A DNA stretch of 64,000 bases from Spirochaetaceae bacterium (lineage in GTDB: Bacteria > Myxococcota_A > UBA9160 > UBA4427), in NCBI GenBank assembly GCA_020632655.1, contig JACKFD010000002.1, forward strand, positions 227,757 to 291,756. Direction: 5' to 3'. Of this stretch, positions 46,357 through 55,700 are shown piece by piece (positions within the stretch are counted from its first letter, which is position 1; every line of letters starts with the position of its first letter). Under the pieces are notes generated by a model. It was not told the origin of the DNA. It did no database searches and saw nothing but the letters and a program-made list of their open reading frames with translations. Position numbers and translations under genes: made by a program.

Positions 46357-46585
46357 TCCCGACCGAAGCGGTCGTGCGTTCCGGCCCCCGCCGCCGTGTA
46401 GACCGGTGCTTTCCGTGGCTGAGGCGGGCCGGCGAACGACTCACTCCGCAGGTTCGAGGATCTCGCAGGATTTCCCGGCCGAGGCTTCGAGGCCGCCGGC
46501 GAGGGGTCTCGAAGTGAGTGCTGCGCTTGCTGCCGCGATCGACTCCGGCGAGAATGGGCGGGCGGGAGAGGGGGCGATCCGCGGT

Positions 46586-48676
46586 ATGGACAGGCGAGCG
46601 GCCGCGCGCAGCGCATATCCTGGGAGGCATCGCGAGATCGTTCATTTCCTGCTCCTCGCGGCTTCCTGCGCTGGCCTGGCGTTGGCCTCCGCCTGCCGCG
46701 ACCGCGAGCCGGACTCGCCCAGGGACATCGACGCCTCGAAGCCGCCCGACATCGTCCTCGTCACCTGGGATACGGTGCGCGCCGACGCGGTCGGGACCTC
46801 CATTGCGCCAGCGACGGCGCCAGAGATCGCGCCAGTGACGGCGGAAGCCGCCGAGCAGTCGGCGACGCCCCACTTCGATCGGCTGGCCCTCGACGGGGTT
46901 CGGTTTCTCGACGCGCGCTCCCCCGTTCCGATCACGCTACCCGCGCATACCAGCCTGCTGAGCGGTCTCTGGCCGTCGACGCATGGCGTCCGCGACAACG
47001 GACTCTTCGAGGTCGCCCCCGACGTGCCGCTCCTCGCAGAGTCCTTCGAGCGCGCGGGCTATCAGACGGGCGCCTTCGTTTCCGCGGCGGTGCTCGATCA
47101 TCGCTACGGGCTCGCGCGGGGCTTCGCGCACTACGACGACCGGGTCGAGTCGATCCGGGGCGAGATCGCCGTGCCGACGCGTCCCGCGACCGAGGTCGTC
47201 GATGCGGCGCTCGCGTGGCTCGCCGGTGTACCGGCGGATCGTCCGATCTTCCTCTGGGTCCACCTCTACGATCCCCATCGCCACTGGCGTGCCCCGGAGC
47301 CCTTCGCGAGCCAGTACCCCGATCCCTATCGCGCCGAGATCGCCTATGCGGACGCAGAGACGGGGCGCCTGATCGATGCCCTCTCGCAAGCGGGGCGCCT
47401 CGACTCGGCGATCGTCGCGCTGACGAGCGATCACGGCGAAGGGCTGGGAGAGCATGGCGAGCAGACACATGCGTACTTCGCGTACGAGAGCACATTGCGG
47501 ATCCCCCTGGTCCTGTGGCTCGGTCCGGAGTCGAAGGCCGAGATCGCGCGCGGCGCGATGGTTCACGGCCCCGCGTCGCTCGTGGACCTCGCTCCGACGC
47601 TGCTCGAGCTGGCCTCGCTTCCGCCGATCGGGTCGCAGGGCCGATCGCTGGTCGACTCGCTCTCGGGGAACGACGTCCCGCCTCGGCTGCAGCCCGTCGA
47701 ATGCGTCGCGGGTGCCTTCGGATTCGGGACGGCGCCGGTCTTCGGCGTCCTCACCGAGACACGGGAGGCCTGGTACGACCTGCCCGAGCCCGAGCACTAC
47801 GACCTCGCGCAGGACCCGCAGCAGCTTCGCAACCTCTACCGACCCGAGGACGCGGGCCGCGCCGCCGCCCTCTTTGCGCAATTCGACTGGGACTGGCCGC
47901 CCGGGACGCAACTCGCGATCGATTCCGAGACGCAGGTCCAGCTCGAGGCCTTGGGCTACGTCGTCGATCCCGGCGCGTCGCTCGTGTCCGAGGTCGATCC
48001 GAAGTCCCGCGTCGATCTCTACGATCTGCTGATGGTGAACCGACACCACGCGACCCCGGAAGTCGCCCTCGCATCGGCTCGTGCGCTCGAGCAGCAATAC
48101 GGACTGCTGCCCGCCCTCGCGCGCTTCGAGGTCGCCATGCTCGACGCGATCGGTCGGCCGGCGGACGCGATCGCTGCCGTCGAGCGCGCGCTCGCTGCCA
48201 ATCCGGGACACGTCCTGCTGACGGAGCAGCTCGAGAGCCGTCGCGCGGACATGAGGAAGAAGCGTGAGCTCGCCCTCGCGATCCGCGCGGCCCTCGCGAA
48301 CGATCCTGCCCACCCCATGGCCCGTCGGGATCTCGCACTCACGCTCCACCAGATCCAGGCGCTCGAAGAAGCGGCGACGCTCTATCGCGCGCTCCTCGAG
48401 GAGGATCCAGCCAACGTCGAGGTCCGGCTCAATCTCGCTCGCTTGCTCGTCTCGCAGGGCGACCCCGCCGCATCCCTCGCGGTGCTCGAGGCTGTGCCCG
48501 GCGGCCACGACCGCGAGCCGCGCATCGACTGTGAGGCGGGGCGCCTGCTCGGCTTCTATCTCGATCGGCGCGACGAGGGCGCGGCGGCGATGCGCCGCTG
48601 TGCCGCAGCCGGGATGCCGATCGGAGAGATGGACCGGACACTTCTCGAGGCTCGTGTGACGACGGGACCGGGATGA
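46586..48676 (+). CDS. Sulfatase-like (alkaline-phosphatase superfamily) lipoprotein with C-terminal TPR repeats
   Basis: ATG 46586. The signal/lipobox is LLLAASCAGLALASAC. Sulfatase-family segments are PDIVLVTWDTVRAD...LTSDHGEGLGEHGE. The C-terminal about 200 aa are TPR-like (LYRALLEEDPANVEVRLNLARLLVSQGD). Confidence 0.85.
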   Translation: MDRRAAARSAYPGRHREIVHFLLLAASCAGLALASACRDREPDSPRDIDASKPPDIVLVTWDTVRADAVGTSIAPATAPEIAPVTAEAAEQSATPHFDRLALDGVRFLDARSPVPITLPAHTSLLSGLWPSTHGVRDNGLFEVAPDVPLLAESFERAGYQTGAFVSAAVLDHRYGLARGFAHYDDRVESIRGEIAVPTRPATEVVDAALAWLAGVPADRPIFLWVHLYDPHRHWRAPEPFASQYPDPYRAEIAYADAETGRLIDALSQAGRLDSAIVALTSDHGEGLGEHGEQTHAYFAYESTLRIPLVLWLGPESKAEIARGAMVHGPASLVDLAPTLLELASLPPIGSQGRSLVDSLSGNDVPPRLQPVECVAGAFGFGTAPVFGVLTETREAWYDLPEPEHYDLAQDPQQLRNLYRPEDAGRAAALFAQFDWDWPPGTQLAIDSETQVQLEALGYVVDPGASLVSEVDPKSRVDLYDLLMVNRHHATPEVALASARALEQQYGLLPALARFEVAMLDAIGRPADAIAAVERALAANPGHVLLTEQLESRRADMRKKRELALAIRAALANDPAHPMARRDLALTLHQIQALEEAATLYRALLEEDPANVEVRLNLARLLVSQGDPAASLAVLEAVPGGHDREPRIDCEAGRLLGFYLDRRDEGAAAMRRCAAAGMPIGEMDRTLLEARVTTGPG

Positions 48677-48703
48677 GGTCGTCTCGGAGATTTCCTCCAG
48701 GCG

Positions 48704-49184
48704 GTGATGATTGCGCTGGCGATCGGCTTCGCCTTCGACCAGCCGACGCCGGTCTCGGGATTCCGCCTCCATCGTCAGAACGGAATCGTCTCGGCCTCGT
48801 CCCTGCCCCAGCCCCCCCAAGCAGCTCGAGATCCAGGGATCGAACGAGGGCGTCCACTTCTACCCACTCACGACCTACGACGTCGTCGACTGGGACTGCC
48901 AGCCCGTCGAGATCCCGCTCGCGGTGCCCGAGCCGGGGCTATTCGGCGCCCTGGTGGGAGGTGTCCCGGGGTTGGCCGCGCGGCGACGGTCGTGCGGGCG
49001 GGCCGGGCACGGATCGCCGGATCGTCGCCTCGAAGGGATCCCGTCCGAGGCTGCGAGACATGATGTTGCAAGCTGGCGTGATCCGTCGCCGAGGCCACCC
49101 AGATCAGAACCGACTGCATTCGACGAGTGCACACCGCGACCCAACCCACCGAATCTGCACGTACTACTCCTCGGCTCTCCCTGA
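48704..49184 (+). pseudogene. Frameshifted C-terminal remnant of a PEP-CTERM protein
   Basis: Frame A reads (V)MIALAIGFAFDQPTPVSGFRLHRQNGIVSASSLPQPP. After a C7 run (48812-48818) the sense continues in the next frame: KQLEIQGSNEGVHFYPLTTYDVVDWDCQPVEIPLAVPEPGLFGALVGGVPGLAARRRS. There is no signal peptide and no upstream domain. Confidence 0.45.
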
Positions 49185-49570
49185 CCCTCCAGGACGACGC
49201 CCCGACAGCAGTCCTCGTGCATTTTCCCGGATCGACGAGACTCGCCCGAATCATTCGAGTCCTTCGAGGGGCGTCATTTCGCAGACTTCCCCGCTCCGTC
49301 CATCGGAGGGCGACGATATCGCCAGGCCGAGCGCGCGGCCTCCGGTGAGGGGATCGATTCGGCGGTGCTCGAGTCGTGGATCCGGCGTAGCTCGGCAGGC
49401 GGGCCCTCGTCCCTGTGACCTCGCGCTCCCGCACCGCCGCTCGGATGCAAGCCCGACGAGGGAGGCCCGCCCGGGAGGCCCGCGGCCGATATTCCGTCGG
49501 CTCGAGCGACGTCCCTCTCCGTGAGTCCGCGAGCCGACGTCGTGGACTTCGAAGCGGGGAGGGCCCGAGC

Positions 49571-49771
49571 ATGGACCCTGGAAGCACGTCGAATCCGCCC
49601 CCGAGCACCGGGGGCGCCTACTGCGGCCGCTGCCGGTTGCCGCTCGCCGATCCGCGGGACCCGGTCTGCCCGCATTGCTCGCTCGAGCTGACGGGCGCCG
49701 GCCGGTTCCAGCGGATCTCGGGATCGCCTCCGGGCGTTCCGTCCGACTTCTGGTGGGTCGAGGCGGCCTAA
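49571..49771 (+). CDS. Possible small zinc-ribbon protein (66 aa)
   Basis: ATG 49571 follows GGGGAGGG. YCGRCRLPLADPRDPVCPHCSLEL gives a CxxC...CxxC pattern. It is short and unsupported otherwise. Confidence 0.35.
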   Translation: MDPGSTSNPPPSTGGAYCGRCRLPLADPRDPVCPHCSLELTGAGRFQRISGSPPGVPSDFWWVEAA

Positions 49772-50041
49772 CATTTTGCACGCCAGCCTGGCTTCGGGCC
49801 GGCTCCCGACGCGTGTCCGTTCGCGGCGAGGCGAATCCACCGTACGCGCCGCCTTACCCCGGTCGCGGCTCGGGTGCGGTCGTTCGAGTCGATCGAGTGG
49901 CTCTGCGCCCCGCGGCGGCTGCCGCCGCCCTTCCGGAGCGTTGCGCCCCGCCTTTCGTCCGGAGCTCGAGCCTGCTCGCAGCGATCAACCCGGGTGCCCC
50001 GACAGCCGATCCAGTCCCGCGAATCCTCGGAGGAGGCACCC

Positions 50042-50803
50042 GTGTTCGAGCTGTTCGGACTGCTGGGTCTGTCGACGTTCATCGCCACGAGCTACCTGGT
50101 CGGCGCGCGACTCACCCTTCGCGGTCTGCGGACGCGGGAGCTCCCGCAGGCGATGCTGGGGAGCGCGCTGCTCCTCTCGGGTGGGCTGAACCTCTCGTTG
50201 CTTCTCCCGATCCTGTTCTTTCCGGAGCTCCCCGCCGCGATCAGCCACCGACTCGGCGGCATCTCGCTCGTCCTGGGGACGATCGGATATCTGGAGATCT
50301 ACGTCTTCGTCTGGCTCGTCTTTCGCCGTGAATCGCGATGGGGACTGGCGCTGCTGACCTTCTGTGCCGTCACGCTCCTGGCGGGTCTCGTCGGCGACCT
50401 CCTGACGCGACAGCCCGGCCAGCTGACGATCGGTGACGACGCGTGGTTCGGCCCCTGGCTGCTCCTGTTCAACGCCTCCCGCCTGGTCGCGTATACGTGG
50501 GGGGGCTGCGAGTCGCTCGCCTACTACGTGAAGATGCGGCGACGTCTCGCTCTCGGGCTCGCGGATCCCGCGCTCGTCGCACGCTTCGGCTACTGGAGCC
50601 TGTGCATGTTCTCGATCGACGTGATCTGGGCGGCACAGATCGTGGCCGTGTGGCTGCGCTCGATGGGGGAGCGTCCGCTCTGGACCAGCCACCTGATCGC
50701 GTCCATGGGATTTCTCGTCGCGATCACGCTCCATCGGGCCTTCGCGCCCGCGCGTCACGAGCGATCGGCGTCCGATCCGGTCGTGGGGGCGGACGCGGGA
50801 TGA
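50042..50803 (+). CDS. Integral membrane protein, about 7 TM, unknown function
   Basis: GTG 50042 lies 6 nt after GGAGGAGG. The 253-aa product has seven hydrophobic segments by eye. Confidence 0.65.
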   Translation: MFELFGLLGLSTFIATSYLVGARLTLRGLRTRELPQAMLGSALLLSGGLNLSLLLPILFFPELPAAISHRLGGISLVLGTIGYLEIYVFVWLVFRRESRWGLALLTFCAVTLLAGLVGDLLTRQPGQLTIGDDAWFGPWLLLFNASRLVAYTWGGCESLAYYVKMRRRLALGLADPALVARFGYWSLCMFSIDVIWAAQIVAVWLRSMGERPLWTSHLIASMGFLVAITLHRAFAPARHERSASDPVVGADAG

Positions 50804-51096
50804 GCACTGCCTTCGAACAGGCCTCCCGGCAGCTCGAGCGCTCGACGGACCTCGATCGTCTCGAGGCGCGGGGCACGCTGCGGATCATGCTCAAGAAGGC
50901 GGGCTTCGATGCGAAGAGCATCGGCCGCTCCGATCTGCAGGCCGTGATCCAGCAGCTCCTTCCGGAAGAGCTGGTCGCACGTGGCATCGCTCGCCCCGAG
51001 CACGTGATCGAGGGACTCGTCGCGGCCCTCGCTCCGCTCGAGGACGAGACCGATCGTCGCCAGCCCTCGGAGATCTTCCGGCGAATGATCGAGTGA
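50800..51096 (+). CDS. Small soluble protein (98 aa), translationally coupled to the 7-TM gene
   Basis: The ATG overlaps the upstream stop as ATGA (50800-50803). MSTAFEQASRQLERSTDLDRLEARGTLRIMLKKAGFDAKS... looks helical. I recognise no family. Confidence 0.55.
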   Translation: MSTAFEQASRQLERSTDLDRLEARGTLRIMLKKAGFDAKSIGRSDLQAVIQQLLPEELVARGIARPEHVIEGLVAALAPLEDETDRRQPSEIFRRMIE

Positions 51097-51895
51097 AGTC
51101 CCGAGCGCGCGTCGGAATCGATCCTGATCCGCGCCCGTACGTTGCGGGTAGTGCTGCCCGTAGTCGGGACGGATGACGGATTTGACAATCGACCTTCCAT
51201 CTCGCACGCAAAATGAGCAATCCTGGACGGCAATTTGGAAGCCACAGTCACATGCGTCATGCGTCACCGTGATTTCCAGGCTTCGCGTGGCTTGAGTGAC
51301 CCGTCCAGCGCATGTGGCCGACCGGTGGACCATGAATTCTGGGAACGATCCCGCACGGCGCCTTCGAGGAACCCCCTTTCGAGTTCGACTGGGATGACGA
51401 TCCGGGCTTCGACTGTGATCAGTCGGGCCCAGAGCCCGCATCAGGGAGTCGCTCCCACGACTCCCGCGCTTCGCCGATCTGCTCGGCTCGCGTCGCGGCC
51501 ACGGACCGGCTCGCCCCGGTGGCGGCGCACCCTCTGGCGATCACGATCGCCAGCGGGACGCCCACGCGCAACCTTGAAATCGCCCCGCGAGCGAGCCGGT
51601 TTCTCCCGGCCGGGACGCCAGTCGTCAGAAACTTGGCTATCGGCGTTGCCGAAGCCGCGGCCTCGATCATCCGTCTGTGTAGGATGACGTGGATCCTGCG
51701 CACTCGGTCGCCGTACGGCCTAGCAGGACCTCGCGAATCTGATCGATTGACCACGGTTGCCGTCTGACGGCATGATGCTCCCTCACGATCCCACGAGATC
51801 CGCGCGGTCGTCGGCGCCAGAACGAGGATCCGTTGGTCGCAGGCCGTATCCGACTGGATTTCGTCCCTGGGGTCGTACGGCAGCAAGGGGAGTCG

Positions 51896-52672
51896 ATGCG
51901 CAACCGAACCCTCTACCTCATCTTCGCGACTGTCCTCGCTCTCGGGGCCCCCCGCCTGGCCCGTTCGGGCGTGACGACCTTCTCGGACGGGGACTTCCAG
52001 GACTCGAGCTGGGTCGGGAGCATCGCCCGGGACACGACCAGTGCCGGAGCCAGCTTCACGTCGGGCCAGCAGCCCGCCGGCGGGAATCCCGGGGCGTATC
52101 GGCAGACCAGCCACGTCTGGATGGGACCTGGGGCGATCTGGGTCTCACACGTGTTCCAGCCCGCCAGCCACGACCCGTCGACCGACGGGCCGCTCGAGTC
52201 CGTCTCCTATTCGTGGGACTTCGAGTGGATCCATCCGCCGTCGGCCCTCTGCGGGTGCGGGGCGATCGCCTTCGAGCCCCTCGTTCGTCAGGGAGGGATG
52301 GATTTCATCGGGCCCTTCGATCAGGTCCTCTTCGCGAGCGATCCCTCCAACACCTGGCTCTCCTTCGAGTTCGAGTCGCTGCAAGCTTCGGATTTCCGCT
52401 TCCTCGATCCCGCCCTGGGGCCGGTCGAGGGAGTCCATCCCGACTTCGAGACCACGGGAGCGCCGCTCACGTTCGGATACGTCACGATCAACGGCGTCTC
52501 GTCGGGTGAGGCTGCCAGCACGCTGGGCGGTGTGGACAACTGGTCGGTCACTGTCACGAGCATCGCTCCGGTACCCGCTCTCTCACTCGCCGCCGTACTC
52601 GTGCTCACGCTCGGCCTCGCCGCCGGCGCCCTGCGCAAACTTCGGCTCGATCGCCGCGTCGCTTCGGGTTGA
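51896..52672 (+). CDS. Secreted protein with IPTL-CTERM-like (VPALS) anchor
   Basis: ATG 51896 follows AAGGGGAG. The signal peptide is MRNRTLYLIFATVLALGAPRLARS. The C-terminus is SIAPVPALSLAAVLVLTLGLAAGALRKLR. Confidence 0.7.
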   Translation: MRNRTLYLIFATVLALGAPRLARSGVTTFSDGDFQDSSWVGSIARDTTSAGASFTSGQQPAGGNPGAYRQTSHVWMGPGAIWVSHVFQPASHDPSTDGPLESVSYSWDFEWIHPPSALCGCGAIAFEPLVRQGGMDFIGPFDQVLFASDPSNTWLSFEFESLQASDFRFLDPALGPVEGVHPDFETTGAPLTFGYVTINGVSSGEAASTLGGVDNWSVTVTSIAPVPALSLAAVLVLTLGLAAGALRKLRLDRRVASG

Positions 52673-52804
52673 TCGGGCCTTTCGGGCGCCGGACTCACTG
52701 AGCCCGTAGAAGGAAGTCTGCCCGCTCACGCACGCGCGGATCCCTGCCGGGCCCGTGTCGAGACGACGTCCTGCCGCCGCGGCGGCCTCTGCTAGGCTGC
52801 GCCG

Positions 52805-53620
52805 ATGCGCACGTCCCGCCACTCGTCGTCCTCTCCGATTTCGCGCTTGCTTCGGCTGGTGGCCCGCGTCTACCTCGTGCTCGGCGTCGCCACCGCGGGG
52901 CATGCTGCGACCGAGGTGCCGCCCGTCCCCGATCGCGCTGCGTGCGAGCAGATGGCGAAGCAGGCGGGCGGGATCGACGAGACGTACGGAGGCGTCGGGA
53001 CGTATCTGGGGTGTCTCGTCGCTGGCTCCGTCCGAACCCTCCATCGCGAGACCGCTCGATTGATCGCGGAGGCGCACCAGCGCGTCGAGCCACTCGGGCC
53101 GCAGACGTCACCGGAGGATCTGCTCGCCGCCTGCCGAGCGGCGCGTGCCCGTGTGCGGCTCGCCGCGTTCACCGTGAAGTACCTGCGCGATTTCCTGTAC
53201 AAGGAGTCGGATGAAGGACAGCGCGACATCCTCTGCAAGCTCGCCGGGACCTACCTGGCGGAAGCGCAGACGCTCGATGAGCTGGTGGAGGCGTACCACG
53301 AGCGGCTGCGGATCGTCGCGCCGGAGGTGCATGCCGCGGGCCTGGAGTCCCAGGCTGCGACGCGCGGGTACTGCGAGATGAAGTACGGGCGTTACCGGTC
53401 GGGCGCGATGTCCGAGCCCCAGCGCAACTTCCTTTTTCCCGATCTGTACTCCTCGACGGTCGTAGCGTGTGCCGAGCAGGACTTCGACTACTACCAGCTG
53501 CTGGACAAGCGCGCGTATCGCGCGCGTGGTGTCGGCGACGACGAGTTCGAGAAGGCGATGGAAGCGCTCGGCGTCATCAAGTACCACTGCCATCTGCCGA
53601 GCGACGACGGCTCGCATTGA
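52805..53620 (+). CDS. Secreted Cys-containing protein of unknown function (271 aa)
   Basis: Signal-like LLRLVARVYLVLGVATAGHA. The mature part has 8 Cys and is helical and charged. Its antisense partner ORF was rejected. Confidence 0.65.
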   Translation: MRTSRHSSSSPISRLLRLVARVYLVLGVATAGHAATEVPPVPDRAACEQMAKQAGGIDETYGGVGTYLGCLVAGSVRTLHRETARLIAEAHQRVEPLGPQTSPEDLLAACRAARARVRLAAFTVKYLRDFLYKESDEGQRDILCKLAGTYLAEAQTLDELVEAYHERLRIVAPEVHAAGLESQAATRGYCEMKYGRYRSGAMSEPQRNFLFPDLYSSTVVACAEQDFDYYQLLDKRAYRARGVGDDEFEKAMEALGVIKYHCHLPSDDGSH

Positions 53621-53882
53621 CGCGGTCGCGCTCGCGCCAGAGTCGGGAGGCCCCGGTTTCCGGACCTGCCGCGCTCGGGTGGGCTCCTTCGAGGCGTCGT
53701 GGGGACTGCCACGTTCTCCTGGCGCCGGTTCGATTCCTGGAGGCGCGCCTTCACCGCGATCGCCGAATCGGACTCGACCTGCCGCATCCCGACCGATCAC
53801 GCGCGCCCGACGCGCACTCGGGCGTTCGATGGAAATCCGCCCTGGTGCGACGAGGTCTACGCACGCGGGCCCGGATCCCGAA

Positions 53883-54281
53883 TCACGCCGAGAACGTGCG
53901 CGCAGCGGAACGAAGCCATCCGATCGATCTCCCGACCTCGATGCCGCTTCCGTCGTTGCATCCGGTCGGGGGACAGATCGAGATCGATGGGCCCGCGATC
54001 CGGAATCCGCCCAGATCGAGCGTCACGCTGGAAGCGAGGATCTCGATGCCATCCGTGCCATTCGGGACGTCGAGATTGCCGGTCAGCCGATAGCTTCCGG
54101 GCGCATCCAGCGTGACCGGGAAGCCAGGCTCGTCGCTCGACGTGACTCCGCCGGCGAGTGCGGTCGTCTGATTGATCTCGATCACGCCGTCCGAGGCGTC
54201 GGCGTCGGCGGCGAGCGTGAGGGCCGAGGCAAGGGCGAGGCAGACGCGGAGCGCAGTGCGAGCGGGGATCGGAGTTCGCAT
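53883..54281 (-). CDS. Secreted beta-helix-like protein, probably truncated (132 aa)
   Basis: Signal peptide RVCLALASALTLAADADA. Then DGVIEINQTTALAGGVTSSDEPGFPVTLDAPGSYRLTGNLDVPNGTDGIEILASSVTLDLGGFRI, typical of the first turns of parallel beta-helix proteins. It ends after only about 100 mature residues. Confidence 0.5.
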   Translation of the reverse strand: MRTPIPARTALRVCLALASALTLAADADASDGVIEINQTTALAGGVTSSDEPGFPVTLDAPGSYRLTGNLDVPNGTDGIEILASSVTLDLGGFRIAGPSISICPPTGCNDGSGIEVGRSIGWLRSAARTFSA

Positions 54282-54460
54282 CGGGGCCATCCTTCGTGCC
54301 GGGCGCGTCGGGTGCGAGCCGACGAGCGCGGGATGACCCGAGGAAACCACGCGGTGGTACGCGGGTCCGTGAATCGGTTCACGCAGCGACATCATTCACG
54401 ACGACGTCGGCCGGGCTCCGAATGCGTCACGCGGCTCGATCCTCGCGGGAGCTCCCCCGA

Positions 54461-55087
54461 TCAGAGGAACTCGACCGCACCCGACTGGACGTCGTACATC
54501 CCGCCGACCACGATCAGGTTCCCGGCCTCGACCAGCTCTTGCAGGATCGGGCTGCGCTCGAGTACGAGGGCCGTCGTGCGCCGGACGTTCTCCCGGGCGA
54601 CGGCGTCGACGAACTTCGTATTTCGGGAAGAACGCTCCTTGCCATCCGTGGGCTCCTCGATGGCGTCGAGGGACGGACGGATCTTCTGGAGCAGCCCCGT
54701 CAGGTGGCCCATCTCGACCCCGTCGCAGGCGCCCTTGATCGCGCCGCAATGGGAGTGGCCGAGCACGACGACCACCGTCGCACCCGTGACCTCGCACGAG
54801 AACTCGAGGCTGCCGAGGATGTCGTCGTTCAGGCAGTTGCCTGCGATCCGGACGCTCATCAGGTCGCCGAGGCCCTGATCGAAGATCAGCTCGGCGGAGG
54901 TCCGCGAGTCGATGCAGGAGAGGATGGCCGCGAAGGGCCATTGCCCCTCGCGGGTCTCGTTGACCTGTTGGAGCAGGTTGCGGTTCAGACGGAGGTTGCT
55001 GAGGAATCGGGCGTTTCCGTCCCTGAGGTACTGCAGCGCGTCCTCGGGCGTCAGGTGGTCGATGGTCTCGCTGGGGTGCAATCGCAC
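54461..55087 (-). CDS. Beta-class carbonic anhydrase
   Basis: EDALQYLRDGNARF...AILSCIDSR...LGHSHCGAIKGA carries the CxDxR and HxxC zinc ligands. Start chosen at GTG 55085-55087; the ORF-track ATG 55252 would add 55 Pro/His-rich residues. Confidence 0.85.
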   Translation of the reverse strand: MRLHPSETIDHLTPEDALQYLRDGNARFLSNLRLNRNLLQQVNETREGQWPFAAILSCIDSRTSAELIFDQGLGDLMSVRIAGNCLNDDILGSLEFSCEVTGATVVVVLGHSHCGAIKGACDGVEMGHLTGLLQKIRPSLDAIEEPTDGKERSSRNTKFVDAVARENVRRTTALVLERSPILQELVEAGNLIVVGGMYDVQSGAVEFL

Positions 55088-55700
55088 TTGGGCTCGCTCC
55101 GCGGGATGGGGTCGGAAGGGATCGGGCTCGTGGTGCCCAGGATGGGGTCTGTTGCACGTCGGCGGAGCATAACCGTCCGAGCGTGAGATGCCGGAGGGGC
55201 CGACCTCGCGCCTCGAATGGCTCAACCGCGGCGCCAGCTGATCGACCACCACGCACGTGCCGAACCTGCAACCACCCCTGGAAGCGCAATCCTTTTCTCG
55301 GCTTCCCCGCGCTCGCCGAGTCGGAACCAGTGGCTTCGGAAGACCGCCCGTCGGCCTGACCGTAGGAGCTTCGTCCTGACGCAGGGCGAAATCCGTCGGG
55401 CTGTCCTTCGTCGAGGGCTTGCCGCGAGGCCATCTCGGCGGGTCGGCAGACGGATGCGAGTTCGAGGCTGCAACCCATGTGAGCTATTCATGCCGCACGT
55501 GGGGTCGAAGCCGATCGATGCGGGGAGGAGTTCCGACTGGATGGAATCGCGAAGGCCCGCGGTCGGGTCGAACCCTACGAGCCCCCTTGCATTGGGCGCG
55601 GCGATGGATTCCCCTTCGAGCAGCCGCACGAGCGGCCGACCTCGCGCTCCTAGCGCTGCCGATTGATGCCCTCGAAGCCTCGCAAGACGGAGGTGGGATC

